A stretch of 64,000 nt of DNA, taken from the NCBI GenBank assembly GCA_044229975.1, contig JBGARZ010000003.1:128001-192000 (forward strand), given 5' to 3'. Under the pieces are notes generated by a model that did no database searches, was not told where the DNA came from, and worked only from the letters and a program-made list of their open reading frames with translations. The stretch comes from Polyangiales bacterium. Its GTDB lineage: Bacteria > Myxococcota_A > Polyangia > Polyangiales > Ga0077539. Positions 1 through 9,805 of the stretch are shown piece after piece (position 1 is the first letter of the stretch; every line of letters starts with the position of its first letter). Position numbers and translations under genes: made by a program.

Positions 1-446
1 AAGCCGTGCGCGAAGAACACCACCGGCACCCGCGCCCCGGTGCCCAGCGGGAAGAGCGCCCTCGCCTGCGTCGCGGTGCCTGGGATGGCGCCCATCCAGG
101 TGCTGACCGTGTACGGGCCGCGCGACGAGAGATCGCGCCCGCCCGCATCGAGCGCCGGACCCGGAACGTCACCCGTCGCCACGACCCCGGCGTCTGCGGA
201 GGGAGCGTCGACGCCGAGGTCATCGATCACGCCCGCGTCGACCTCAATCGCGGCAACGTCGTCCGCCCGCGCAGGGACGTCGTCCGCGGCCGTGCCGAGA
301 TCGACCGTCGCCGCGACGTCCACGGTGTTGACCGCATCGGTGCCGACCCCGGTGTCAGCCGTCGGCGGGCGGTAGCTCACCACGTCGGTACACCCCACCA
401 GCATCACCGCGGCCAGCGCCGCACCCGAGTTCCACGCTGTCCGCAT
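1..446 (-). CDS. Partial (runs off window) lipoprotein with Asp/Val-rich linker and the start of an alpha/beta hydrolase domain (chlorophyllase/cutinase-like)
   Basis: Absent from the ORF track. Manual translation from ATG 446 (upstream AGAGGAAG): MRTAWNSGAALAAVMLVGC (lipobox), acidic linker, then GPYTVSTW...PVVFFAHG, typical of the first strands of such hydrolases. Confidence 0.7.
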   Translation of the reverse strand, partial: MRTAWNSGAALAAVMLVGCTDVVSYRPPTADTGVGTDAVNTVDVAATVDLGTAADDVPARADDVAAIEVDAGVIDDLGVDAPSADAGVVATGDVPGPALDAGGRDLSSRGPYTVSTWMGAIPGTATQARALFPLGTGARVPVVFFAHG

Positions 447-477
447 GGACGCTTCCTCTACCGCGTCGCTCGCATTT

Positions 478-1101
478 TCACGAGCCCCGAAGATGGTCGA
501 GGTGGCGCGTGTCGTTGAGGGATGAGACCCGCATCACCGTCGGCTCGCTCCAGTCGAAGCGATGCACCGCGCAGTTCTCCGACGGAAACACGAGGCCCGT
601 GTCATCGGAGCGCAGCAGCCGACGAAGGACGTGGTGCAACGCCACCCCGTGGCTCACCACCACGACGACACCGCTCGGGTGTGCGGCAAGGATGTCGTCG
701 ATCGCGAGGTTGACCCGCGCACCGCACTGCCGATGCGACTCGCCGCCCGGCGGGGTGAACTCCGGGTCGCGCGTTCGCAGGGCCTTCCACGCCTCGGGCT
801 GCTCGGCCTCCAGCGTCTCGAAGCGAACGCCCACGAACGATCCCATGTCCCGCTCGCGCAGCCTCGGATCGGAGGTCACCGCGAGGCCCGTGCGCGACGC
901 CAGCGGTGCCACCGTCGAGAGCGCCCGCACGAGGTCGCTGCTGTACAGCGCCGTGGGTCCAAGCGGCGCGAGGGCGTCGGCCACCGCCTCGGCCTGTCGC
1001 TCACCGAGCGCACTCAGCGGCGACGCGCTGTGTCCCGTGAACATCCTCCCCGCGTTGCCCTCGGACTCTCCGTGACGCACCAGCAGCAGCGTTCGCTTCA
1101 A
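478..1101 (-). CDS. Histidine phosphatase family protein (phosphoglycerate mutase-like)
   Basis: LVRHGES, SSDLxRA, LRERxxG, GGES and VSHG motifs. Confidence 0.93.
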   Translation of the reverse strand: MKRTLLLVRHGESEGNAGRMFTGHSASPLSALGERQAEAVADALAPLGPTALYSSDLVRALSTVAPLASRTGLAVTSDPRLRERDMGSFVGVRFETLEAEQPEAWKALRTRDPEFTPPGGESHRQCGARVNLAIDDILAAHPSGVVVVVSHGVALHHVLRRLLRSDDTGLVFPSENCAVHRFDWSEPTVMRVSSLNDTRHLDHLRGS

Positions 1102-1120
1102 GATCGTCTCTCCGTGTCGC

Positions 1121-3721
1121 TCATCGAATGCGGCCGAGGGCCGCGGGTGGTTGGGCGTGGCGTCCGTCTTCGGGCCACATGTGCCGCGGGTACTTCCGAC
1201 AGAGCTCGCGACGGATGGCCGGGTAGTGCTTCGCCCAGAAGCCTTCGAGGTCGGTCGTCACCTGCACCGCGCGCTGGTTGGGCGCGAGCAGATGCAGCAC
1301 CAGCGGTAGCTTTCCCCCGGCCACCGCCGGGCCCTTCGTCATGCCGAAGAAGTCCTGCAGCCGCGACTCCATCCACGGCGCCTTCGCGAGCTCGTACTGC
1401 ACCTTCACCATGCGCCCGCCGCCCAGCGCCACCTTCTCCGGCGCGAGCTCTTCGAGCGCTCGTCGCTGCGCGCCATCGAGGCCATCCCGCAGCGCATCGA
1501 GCAGCCCCGCGCGCCGCACGTCGGCCATCGATCGGGCGCCCACGCAGCACTGCCGCAGCCCCAGCTCCAGCAGCGCGTCACCGTCCGTCGGCAACCCAAG
1601 CGCGGGCATTCGCGCGGCCACGAAGGACACCCGCGCCAGCCACCGATCGACCGCGTCGGCATCCTCCACGAAGGAGCGCAGGCCCTTGCGCCGCGCCTCC
1701 TCCAGCAGACGTTCGGTGACCAGCCGCTCGACCTCGGGCGACGCGCTCGCCCGCCCTTCGTCGATGACCAGGCCCCGGTAGCGCATCACCCGCACCGGAT
1801 CGACCCGCTCGTCAGCCGCCACCCAGCGCGCCTCGACCGCGTCCACCACCGCCTCCGGAAACACCTCCAGCAACCACTCGGGTTCGACCACGCACGCCGT
1901 TCGCACCTGCACGCCACGGCCGCGCTGGTCGGTGCGCTCCTCCGCATCGATGGCCAGCACGAAGGCGCCACCACGCGCCTCGCTCGTGGCCGCGAGCGTC
2001 GCGGTGCCGCCCGAAGCCAGCGCGAGCTCGTCGCCCCGCAGTCGCCGCGCCACCCGGTCGGGGTAGCCTGACAGCAGCGCGAGGCCCAGCGTGTCTTCCC
2101 AGTCATTGCCCGGCGCCGTCAGTCCATCGACGACGAGCGTGCGGTCGCGCTTCGCCGCCGACACGAGCTGCTTGCGCGCACGATCAGCCGCCGCCGCGGA
2201 CAAGGGGTCGAGCCCGATGGCGCGGAGCATCCCCGGGTTGAAGCGTTCGCTCGACGCGCGGTCGAGCGCATCGAGAGCGGCGAGCACGTCCGAGCGCCCG
2301 TTGCTCGGGCTCCAGTCGCCGTCACGGTTGCCGCTCCGTCGCGACAGCAAGAGGTCGCGCTCCCCCAGCACCGCCGCTGCTCCCGCGGCGATGTCGAGCA
2401 GACCGCGACGCGCGCCCTCGACCACCACGCGCGCCAGCCGCGGGTGCGTCGGCAGCGCCAGCATCGAGCGCCCGGTCGCCGTGAGCTCACCCGCCTCGTC
2501 GAGCGCACCGAGGTCACGCAGCAGCCGCTCAGCCGCCTCCGCCGCAGCCGCGCCCGGTGCCTCGAACCACGGAAAGGTCCGCAGGTCGTGCTCACCCGCG
2601 GCGTGCAGCGCGAGCGCCGCGTCGGCGAGGTCGACCCGCTGCACCTCCGGCGTGTCGTGCTCGGGCCGCGTGTCGTGGTCGTGCTTCGTGTAGAGCCGCA
2701 CGCATCGCCCCGGGCGCGTTCGCCCAGCGCGACCGGCCCGCTGGGTCGCCGAGGCGCGCGACACCTTCGCGACCTTCAGCGTCGGCACGCCCGACCACGA
2801 CGCGTGGGCCGCGACGCGCGCGAGCCCGGAGTCGATGACCGCCACCACGCCGTCGATGGTGACGCTCGTCTCTGCCACGTTGGTCGACAGGATCACCTTG
2901 CGCTTCGACGCGGGTGACACGGCGCGATCCTGCTCGGCGCTCGGGAGGTCGCCGTGCAGTGGGAGCACCAGCAGGTCGGCCTCGTTGGCGACGGACGCGC
3001 ACGCCGACATCGCCCGCCGTATCTCCGCCGCCCCCGGCAGGAACACCAGCACGTCTCCGTCGAGCCCCTCCTTCACCAGCGTACGAACGGCGCTCGCGAC
3101 CTGTTGTTCGAGCGGCCGATCGTCGGGGCGGGTCATGTGCTCGATGGCCACGTCGAAGCGCCGCCCCTCGCTGGTCACGCGCGGCGCCGCGACGTCACCC
3201 TCACCGAGGAAGGACGCGACCCGCGCCCCGTCGAGCGTGGCCGACATCACCACGAGCTTCAAGTCGGGTCGAGCGCCCCGCTGGAGGCGACGCACCATGG
3301 CCAGCGCGAGGTCGCCCTGGAGGTGCCGCTCGTGAAACTCGTCGAGCACCACGACGCCCACCGAGGCGAGCGTCGGGTCGGAGAGCAGCCTCCGGGTGAG
3401 CACCCCTTCGGTGACGAAGCGCACCCGCGTCTTCGCGCTGGCGACCTCTTCGAAGCGCACCTGGAAGCCCACCGTCTGACCGAGCGCCTCGCCGCGCTCC
3501 TCGGCCACCCGGCGTGCTGCCATGCGGGTCGCGAGTCGCCGCGGTTCGAGCACCACCACTTCGCGCGAACCCGCGACGCCCGAGTCGAGCAGGGCCGAGG
3601 GGACGCGTGTGGTCTTGCCCGCGCCCGGCGGTGCTTCGAGCACGACGGACGGGCCCGCGCGCAGGGCGTCGATGAGGCCAGGCAGCACGGCGTCGATGGG
3701 GAGCGCGATCACGGCGCGCAC
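1121..3721 (-). CDS. hrpB: ATP-dependent RNA helicase HrpB
   Basis: GAGKT, DEFH, SAT, QRAGRAGR; HrpB-type C-terminus QVTTDLEGFW...YPRHMWP. Confidence 0.95.
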   Translation of the reverse strand: MRAVIALPIDAVLPGLIDALRAGPSVVLEAPPGAGKTTRVPSALLDSGVAGSREVVVLEPRRLATRMAARRVAEERGEALGQTVGFQVRFEEVASAKTRVRFVTEGVLTRRLLSDPTLASVGVVVLDEFHERHLQGDLALAMVRRLQRGARPDLKLVVMSATLDGARVASFLGEGDVAAPRVTSEGRRFDVAIEHMTRPDDRPLEQQVASAVRTLVKEGLDGDVLVFLPGAAEIRRAMSACASVANEADLLVLPLHGDLPSAEQDRAVSPASKRKVILSTNVAETSVTIDGVVAVIDSGLARVAAHASWSGVPTLKVAKVSRASATQRAGRAGRTRPGRCVRLYTKHDHDTRPEHDTPEVQRVDLADAALALHAAGEHDLRTFPWFEAPGAAAAEAAERLLRDLGALDEAGELTATGRSMLALPTHPRLARVVVEGARRGLLDIAAGAAAVLGERDLLLSRRSGNRDGDWSPSNGRSDVLAALDALDRASSERFNPGMLRAIGLDPLSAAAADRARKQLVSAAKRDRTLVVDGLTAPGNDWEDTLGLALLSGYPDRVARRLRGDELALASGGTATLAATSEARGGAFVLAIDAEERTDQRGRGVQVRTACVVEPEWLLEVFPEAVVDAVEARWVAADERVDPVRVMRYRGLVIDEGRASASPEVERLVTERLLEEARRKGLRSFVEDADAVDRWLARVSFVAARMPALGLPTDGDALLELGLRQCCVGARSMADVRRAGLLDALRDGLDGAQRRALEELAPEKVALGGGRMVKVQYELAKAPWMESRLQDFFGMTKGPAVAGGKLPLVLHLLAPNQRAVQVTTDLEGFWAKHYPAIRRELCRKYPRHMWPEDGRHAQPPAALGRIR

Positions 3722-3822
3722 CTATACCTCCCGAGCGGAGTTGGCGTCATGCGGAGGGGCGAGCGCTGCCGAAATCGTGACGTCGGGCGCGCGGTGACTA
3801 GTCTGGCCGCAAGGAGGTCACA

Positions 3823-4182
3823 ATGGACATCAAGAAGATCATCGCGAAGCTGCCCGTGGGCTACGCCGAGGACGCGGCGGGGATGAACGGCGATCAGCTT
3901 CGGGCGGAGATCATCCGCGCCGAGACGTCGCTCAAGTGGGTGCAGCAGGAGATGAAGGCCGACGAGAAGCTCACCGGCGCCCGCGAGCTGATGAAGGACC
4001 TGTCGTCGGCCTACAACGAGGCCAAGAAGGCGCAGCGCGCCAAGATCGACTACTCGCTCCACGTGCTCGAAGAGCGCGGCGAGCTCGGCGTCGGTCACGC
4101 CATCGAGGACGAGGAGAACGCCACCACCGGCGCCCGCCCCTCGCGCACCGAGACGAAGCTCAAGAAGCCCCGCGCGGCCTGA
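3823..4182 (+). CDS. Hypothetical helical/coiled-coil protein with basic tail
   Basis: Strong SD AAGGAGGT before ATG; typical codon usage; fills the gap between hrpB and hflX. Confidence 0.85.
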   Translation: MDIKKIIAKLPVGYAEDAAGMNGDQLRAEIIRAETSLKWVQQEMKADEKLTGARELMKDLSSAYNEAKKAQRAKIDYSLHVLEERGELGVGHAIEDEENATTGARPSRTETKLKKPRAA

Positions 4183-4195
4183 TCCGCCTCTCCCT

Positions 4196-5623
4196 TCACT
4201 CCGCCGACAGCAACGACCGGATTCGCGCGAGCGCCCCAGGTAGCGCGCGGACCCGGTACGTCGCCCCGTCCTCGTCCCAGCTCTCTTCCAGCACCCGGCA
4301 CTCGCGGTGGATCTCTCCCCCGACGGCGCCCTTCGAGAAGGGCACCTTGAGCGTGTCCTCGGCCATGCCGAGCTCCAGCGCTTCCAGGATGCGCTCCCGC
4401 AAGGCCAGCACGGAGCCGCGGTCGAGCGCCGACACGAGCACCGCGTCGGGAAACTCCAACGACAGCGCCTCCTGCGCGTCGCGGTCGAGCCGGTCGCGCT
4501 TGTTGAGCACCAGCAGCGACGGCAGCGAGCCCGCGTCGATCTCCGAGAGCACCTCGCGGGTCACCGCGTACTGGGTGCGCCACGCCTCATCGCTGCCGTC
4601 GACGACGTGCAACAGCAGCGTCGCCTCGCGCGCCTCGTCGAGCGTCGAGCGGAAGCTCGCCACCAGGTCGTGCGGCAGCTTCTTGATGAAGCCGACGGTG
4701 TCCGAGACCAGCACCTTCGGCCGGCTCTCGGGCGAGAGCGATCGCACCGTCGTGTCGAGCGTCGCGAAGAGCTTGTCGGCCACGTAGACCTCGCTCCCGG
4801 TAAGCGCCCGCATCAGCGAGCTCTTGCCCGCGTTGGTGTAGCCCACCAGCGCCACGCGGAGCTGCTCCTGCCGCCGCGCGCGCCGCACGTCGCCCTCCCG
4901 CGCGAGGCCCGACAGCTCGCGCCGCAGCTCGGCCACCCGGTCGCGGATCTTCCGCCGGTCGAGCTCCACCGAGCTCTCGCCCGCACCCTTTCCCCCGATG
5001 CCTCCGCGCTGCCGATCGCCGCCCGCGCCCGTCTCGCGCAGCCGCGGCGCGAGGTAGTTGAGCCGCGCGATCTCCACCTGGAGCTTCGCCTCGCGGCTCT
5101 TGGCGTGGCGGTGGAAGATCTCGACGATGACGGCCGTCCGGTCGAGCACCGTCGCCCCCGTCGCGCGCTCCAGGTTGCGGAGCTGCGACGGTCCCAGCTC
5201 GTGGTCGACCACCACCAGACCCGCGCGCTCGGTCGGCGCCACGTCCTCGTCGGCGTCGTCTTCGATCAACCCCTCGGGCTCGATCGGTGACTCGCCGCCT
5301 TCGTCGACCGCGGTCTCGTCCGATCCGTCGTCCGCGCCCGGGCGCTCATCGATCTTGCGCGTCTTCCGGACCGCGCCCGATGGGACCACCCCGGTGCCGT
5401 CGGTGTAGCGCGCGAGCACGCGGAGCTTGCCCTCGCCCACCACGGCCGCGGCGGCGAGGTGCGAGCGGCGCTGCGTGACCGAACCCACCACCCGATGGCC
5501 GAGGGTCTCCACGAGCCGACCGAGCTCTTCGATGGACGATCGGTGCTCGGCGTCGTCGACCCCCGGAAGCTGAACGGCGACCAGGACGGCGGTGGTGGGC
5601 TCTTGTTCGGCGGCTTGGTCCAT
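4196..5623 (-). CDS. hflX: GTPase HflX
   Basis: GYTNAGKS, LFATLD, DTVGF, NKxD; N-terminal HflX motifs DRTAVIVEIF and EAKLQVE. Confidence 0.95.
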   Translation of the reverse strand: MDQAAEQEPTTAVLVAVQLPGVDDAEHRSSIEELGRLVETLGHRVVGSVTQRRSHLAAAAVVGEGKLRVLARYTDGTGVVPSGAVRKTRKIDERPGADDGSDETAVDEGGESPIEPEGLIEDDADEDVAPTERAGLVVVDHELGPSQLRNLERATGATVLDRTAVIVEIFHRHAKSREAKLQVEIARLNYLAPRLRETGAGGDRQRGGIGGKGAGESSVELDRRKIRDRVAELRRELSGLAREGDVRRARRQEQLRVALVGYTNAGKSSLMRALTGSEVYVADKLFATLDTTVRSLSPESRPKVLVSDTVGFIKKLPHDLVASFRSTLDEAREATLLLHVVDGSDEAWRTQYAVTREVLSEIDAGSLPSLLVLNKRDRLDRDAQEALSLEFPDAVLVSALDRGSVLALRERILEALELGMAEDTLKVPFSKGAVGGEIHRECRVLEESWDEDGATYRVRALPGALARIRSLLSAE

Positions 5624-5688
5624 GAGGGGCCGGGGAAGGTAGCACCCTTGCCGGGGCCATCGCGCTCCGGTAGAGCCCCGCGATCGCG

Positions 5689-6387
5689 ATGAAGACCCCT
5701 CCCCCGACCGAAGCCTCCGACGAGAGCCCCACCGTGACTCGCGTCCGCGAGCTCATCACCCCGATGCAGACCCGCACGCGCATCGTCGTCCTCCAGCACC
5801 CGCAGGAGCGCGACCGCGACCTCGGAACGGTCCCGCTGCTCCGCGCGATGCTCCCGCAGGTGGAGGTAGTCGTCGGGCTCTCGTGGCCCTCCCTCGCCCG
5901 GCTCCTCGATGACGCCGACGCGGACGCCCTCCGCTGGGCGGTGCTCTACCCGGGCTCGCTCCCGCGAGAGCTCCAACGCGACGAGCAATCGGCCCCGGTG
6001 CTGCGCCTCGATCGCAACGGCAACGCCCTCGGCCCGACGCCGCACCTCCAGGGGCTGCTCGTGCTCGACGGGTCGTGGTCGCAGGCCAAGACCCTCTGGT
6101 GGCGCAACCCCTGGTTCTTGAAGGTGCAGCGCCTGGTGCTCCACCCCAAGGAGCCGTCGATCTACGGAAAGCTCCGCAAGGAGCCGCGGCGCGAGGCCAT
6201 CTCCACGCTGGAGTCCGTGGCCGACGCCCTGGTGTTCAATGGAGAGCCCAAGGAGGTGCGGGAGACGCTCCGGAAGGTGTTCCGCACGATGATCCAGCGC
6301 ACCCGCGACGAGCGGAAGCAGGCGGGGCCCGCGGCGCCGGGCACCGACACCGTCGACACCGACCAAGACCCGCCGGAATCAGCCTGA
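5689..6387 (+). CDS. DTW domain protein (tRNA aminocarboxypropyltransferase-like)
   Basis: LQHPQE, VLYP, VLDGSWSQA (DxTW variant), LRKEP, STLES. Confidence 0.88.
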   Translation: MKTPPPTEASDESPTVTRVRELITPMQTRTRIVVLQHPQERDRDLGTVPLLRAMLPQVEVVVGLSWPSLARLLDDADADALRWAVLYPGSLPRELQRDEQSAPVLRLDRNGNALGPTPHLQGLLVLDGSWSQAKTLWWRNPWFLKVQRLVLHPKEPSIYGKLRKEPRREAISTLESVADALVFNGEPKEVRETLRKVFRTMIQRTRDERKQAGPAAPGTDTVDTDQDPPESA

Positions 6388-6503
6388 TCGTGAACACGAT
6401 CCGGGTCGGACCGTATATGGTCCCGGCCCGCATCGCCGGAGGGTCGGCGCCGGCGGCAGCTCCACTGCCCGTAATCCCCCACACGTCCATAGGAGAACCT
6501 CGC

Positions 6504-7541
6504 ATGAAGTCGGTCAGCCAGAGAATGTTCGTCGTGATGTCCGCGGTCTCGGTCCTCGGCATCGGCAGCGGCTGCGCGCGCACAGCCACCTTCGCCGTGA
6601 CGCGCCCCGCGATGCTCAACGCCGCCGCCGTCGGCAACACCATGTCCGTCGGTGGCGTGGCCGCCCCGTCGGGGATGCCCCAGGACATGCAGGCCGCCGC
6701 GGAGATCGTCAGCGACCTCACCGGGCGCGTCAGCCACTCGCTCAACCCCTCCATCCGCTTGATGGCGGCCGGCGGCGGCGTGGTCATCACCGGCGCGGTG
6801 CTCGCCAACCAGTACGTCGAAAACTTCGAGCAGAACCCCGGCACCTGCACCCGCAGCGTCCCGACCTACGTCAACGGGCGCCCGAGCTCGCGCGTCGAGT
6901 CGTACTCCTGCACCAACCTCCGCCGCGTGGGCACCGCCTCGGCGCGGCTCCAGTTCCAGGTGACGCACGGCCAGGACGGACAGGTGCTGTTCGACCGCAC
7001 CTACGATGACACCGCGACGACGGCCACCACCGGCGTGATCTCGCCGTACGAGCGCCGCGACCCGCCTCCCATCGACGGCGGCGGCATGCTCCACAACCTC
7101 CGCGCAAACCTCACCGAGCACTTCGCGCGCGTGATCCTGCCGTGGCAGGAGAACGTCACCGTGGTCTTCGAGGACTGCGATGGCGACGCGCGCTGCCGCC
7201 AGGGCTACGACCTCGTGCAGCACCAGAACCTCGCTGGGGCCGAGCCGCTCTTCACCGCCGTCATCGGCCAGTACCAGAACGCCACCCTCCCGGTTCCGCC
7301 CAACGAGGCAGAGAAGATCGGCGAGGCGTTCTACAACCGCGGGCTCGTGCGCTCGTACCTCGGGCAGTACGCCCGCGCGGTGGCCGACCTCACGCGCGCC
7401 ATCGCGCTGCGCCCCGAGGAGACCGACTGGCAGCAGGAACTCCAGTCCGCCCAGCGCATGTCGCAGGATCAGGAAGCCCTCCGTCAGCAGGGCGCCGTCG
7501 CCAACGAGACCCAGAACGTCCAGCAGGCAGGCACCCCGTGA
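6504..7541 (+). CDS. Lipoprotein with C-terminal TPR
   Basis: SD AGGAGA before ATG 6504; lipobox GSGC; TPR AFYNRGLVRSYLGQYARAVADLTRAIALRP. Confidence 0.85.
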   Translation: MKSVSQRMFVVMSAVSVLGIGSGCARTATFAVTRPAMLNAAAVGNTMSVGGVAAPSGMPQDMQAAAEIVSDLTGRVSHSLNPSIRLMAAGGGVVITGAVLANQYVENFEQNPGTCTRSVPTYVNGRPSSRVESYSCTNLRRVGTASARLQFQVTHGQDGQVLFDRTYDDTATTATTGVISPYERRDPPPIDGGGMLHNLRANLTEHFARVILPWQENVTVVFEDCDGDARCRQGYDLVQHQNLAGAEPLFTAVIGQYQNATLPVPPNEAEKIGEAFYNRGLVRSYLGQYARAVADLTRAIALRPEETDWQQELQSAQRMSQDQEALRQQGAVANETQNVQQAGTP

Positions 7542-8977
7542 GCTTGCGCCGCGTCGGTTCATGGTCCCTCGGGGCGGCGCTGTGCGTCGCCGGCGCGGGC
7601 TCGCTCTGGTCGTGCCGCAACATGAGCGGCGCGGCCCCCGTCGATCAGAGCGCCCTCGCGGCGCAGAACAGCGTGTTCTTCCAGGAGCAGCTCCGCCTCG
7701 CCCGCGAGGCCCTCGCGCGCCAGGAATGGGAGGCCGCCCGGCAGAACCTCGAAGGCGTCGTCGAGTCGCTCCCGGCGACCGATCCCAACGGTGCCGAAGC
7801 CCGCGCGGGCCTCGCCCAGATCGCCTTCGAGCTCGGCGACTACGCCCGCGCCGCTCAGGTCGCCGCGGAGGTCCCCAACAACTCCGCCGTCGCGGCCTCG
7901 GCCCTCGAGAGCCGCGGCCTCGCGCAGCTCTTCTCGTGCAACTTCGAGGCGGCCACGCAGACCTTCTACCAGCTCGCGGAGGTCGACAACCCGCGCGGCC
8001 GCGTGTGGCTGGGCGTGGCCTTCGCGTGGACGGGCGCCGACGCCAACGCCGAGCGCGAGCTCACCTCGGTGGTCTCGAGCGCCGGCAACACCGAGCACGC
8101 CCCCAACGCCCGCTTCTACCTCTCGCAGCTCGCCCTCTGGGGTCGCCGCGCGGGGCCCGCGCAGCGCTATCTGGGTGAGCTCCAGTCGTCGTCGCCGCAG
8201 TACCTCCCGACGCTCGACACCCGCGCGCAGAACTGGCTCACCCGCCGCGCGCACCTCATGCGGGCGTACTTCACCTTCGACACGCTGGCGCGCCTGCACC
8301 GCATGTCGTCCAACAACCAGGCCGTCGCCGACGACCAGCACGCGGGCCAGGCCCTCGCGCTCCTCCAGGCGTCCCCCGGTGCGTGTGGCGAGCAGGTGAC
8401 CCGCCTCGCCCAGGCGCGCTCCGCCGCGGCCGGCGACCGCGACGCCTTCGCGGCCGCCAACCGCGACAACGACGGCGACGGCGTGCCCGACGCGCGCGAC
8501 CGCTGCCCCAACGAGGCGGAGACCCGCAACGGCATCCAGGACGACGACGGCTGCCCCGAGGCCACCGCGGCCATCGAGGTGGTCGGCAACCAGATCCGCA
8601 TCCGCGACGGGTTCGCCATCAACTTCGACCCCGCCCGCGACTCGGTCATGGACTCGTCGCGCCCGGTGCTCGACGCCATCGCGGCGCTGCTGCGCAACCC
8701 GGCCTACAGCTGGATCCGCCGCATCCGCCTCGAAGGCCACACCGACGACGTCGGCGAGACCGCCGCCAACCTCGACCTCTCGCAGCGCCGCGTGCGCCGC
8801 GTGGGCGCCCTGCTCGTCGCCAACGGCGTGCCCACCGACCGGCTCACCTTCGAGTCGTATGGTGAGAGCCGCCCCATCGACCCGTCGGGCACCGAAGAAG
8901 CCCGCGCCCGCAACCGCCGCGTGGAGATGTTCATCATCGACCCGGCGACCTTCGGCGGCGTTCGCGCCACCAACTGA
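7538..8977 (+). CDS. TPR + thrombospondin type-3-like repeats + OmpA C-terminal domain lipoprotein
   Basis: GTGA overlap with upstream gene; LWSC lipobox; DNDGDGVPDARDRCP...DDDGCP; EGHTD, NLDLSQRR, NRRVE. Confidence 0.9.
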   Translation: MSLRRVGSWSLGAALCVAGAGSLWSCRNMSGAAPVDQSALAAQNSVFFQEQLRLAREALARQEWEAARQNLEGVVESLPATDPNGAEARAGLAQIAFELGDYARAAQVAAEVPNNSAVAASALESRGLAQLFSCNFEAATQTFYQLAEVDNPRGRVWLGVAFAWTGADANAERELTSVVSSAGNTEHAPNARFYLSQLALWGRRAGPAQRYLGELQSSSPQYLPTLDTRAQNWLTRRAHLMRAYFTFDTLARLHRMSSNNQAVADDQHAGQALALLQASPGACGEQVTRLAQARSAAAGDRDAFAAANRDNDGDGVPDARDRCPNEAETRNGIQDDDGCPEATAAIEVVGNQIRIRDGFAINFDPARDSVMDSSRPVLDAIAALLRNPAYSWIRRIRLEGHTDDVGETAANLDLSQRRVRRVGALLVANGVPTDRLTFESYGESRPIDPSGTEEARARNRRVEMFIIDPATFGGVRATN

Positions 8978-9070
8978 CCCTCTCCCCTCTCCTCTCGTCC
9001 CCACGCATCAACGCTCGGCCCGTCCGCGGGCCGTGTGGCATCATCGGCGCCCCTCACGAGGAGCGTTGCG

Positions 9071-9805
9071 ATGATTGGTTCGCGGGTCATGGGTCTGTGG
9101 TCCAACGGAAGCTGGTATCCCGGCACGGTCAGCAAGAGCCGTGACCGCGGGGGCGAGCACGAGTTCTTCGTGCAGTTCGATGACGGCGACACCGCATGGC
9201 TGCGGCTCGACCAGCTCCAGCCGCAACCGGGAGCCCAGACGGCGGCTCGTGGGCACAACCCCTTCCCCGGCGCGCGGGTCATGGGGGACTGGACCGAGGA
9301 CAGCTGGTACCCGGGCTACGTCGCCGAGGCCAACGCCAACGAGAGCCTCTTCTTCGTGCAGTTCGACGACGGCGACACCAAGTGGCTGCCCGCCGTGAAG
9401 ATCCGCCCCAACGGCGACCGCCCCAACGCCGCCCCGGCGCCGCACCTCACCGCGGGCACCGTGGTGCAGGGCGATTGGAGCGGCGGCTCCTGGTATCCGG
9501 GCGTCGTCGCGCGGGTCAACGCCAACGCCACGATGTTCTTCATCCAGTTCGATGACGGCGACCAGAAGTGGCTGCCCGTCCATCTCCTGCGCTTCGGTCA
9601 CGTCGCCGCCGCCCCGCCGTCCTATCCGCAGCACGCGCCGCCCTCGTACCCGCAGTACGCGCCGCCCTCCTACCCCCAGGCGCCCGCGGCGCCCGTGGTG
9701 GAGAAGGTCATCGAGCGGCAGGTGCTCGTGGTGCGCTGCCCCTACTGCAAGAAGCTCACGCCCGCCGACCTCACGAGCTGCGAGCAGTGCGGCGCGAAGC
9801 AGTAG
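9071..9805 (+). CDS. Triple Tudor/Agenet-like repeat protein with C-terminal zinc ribbon
   Basis: SD GAGGAG; three repeats GxxVxGxW-x3-WYPGxV...FFxQFDDGDxxWL; PPSYPQ x3; CPYC...CEQC. Confidence 0.8.
   Translation: MIGSRVMGLWSNGSWYPGTVSKSRDRGGEHEFFVQFDDGDTAWLRLDQLQPQPGAQTAARGHNPFPGARVMGDWTEDSWYPGYVAEANANESLFFVQFDDGDTKWLPAVKIRPNGDRPNAAPAPHLTAGTVVQGDWSGGSWYPGVVARVNANATMFFIQFDDGDQKWLPVHLLRFGHVAAAPPSYPQHAPPSYPQYAPPSYPQAPAAPVVEKVIERQVLVVRCPYCKKLTPADLTSCEQCGAKQ

Noticed and set aside
6075..6503. Long N-terminal extensions in the ORF track (6075, 7142, 17283, 25507, 50840, 58260, 60408, 60446, 62053 and others)
   Set aside because: They overlap neighbouring genes or promoters; downstream starts with an SD, stop/start coupling or signal peptide fit better.
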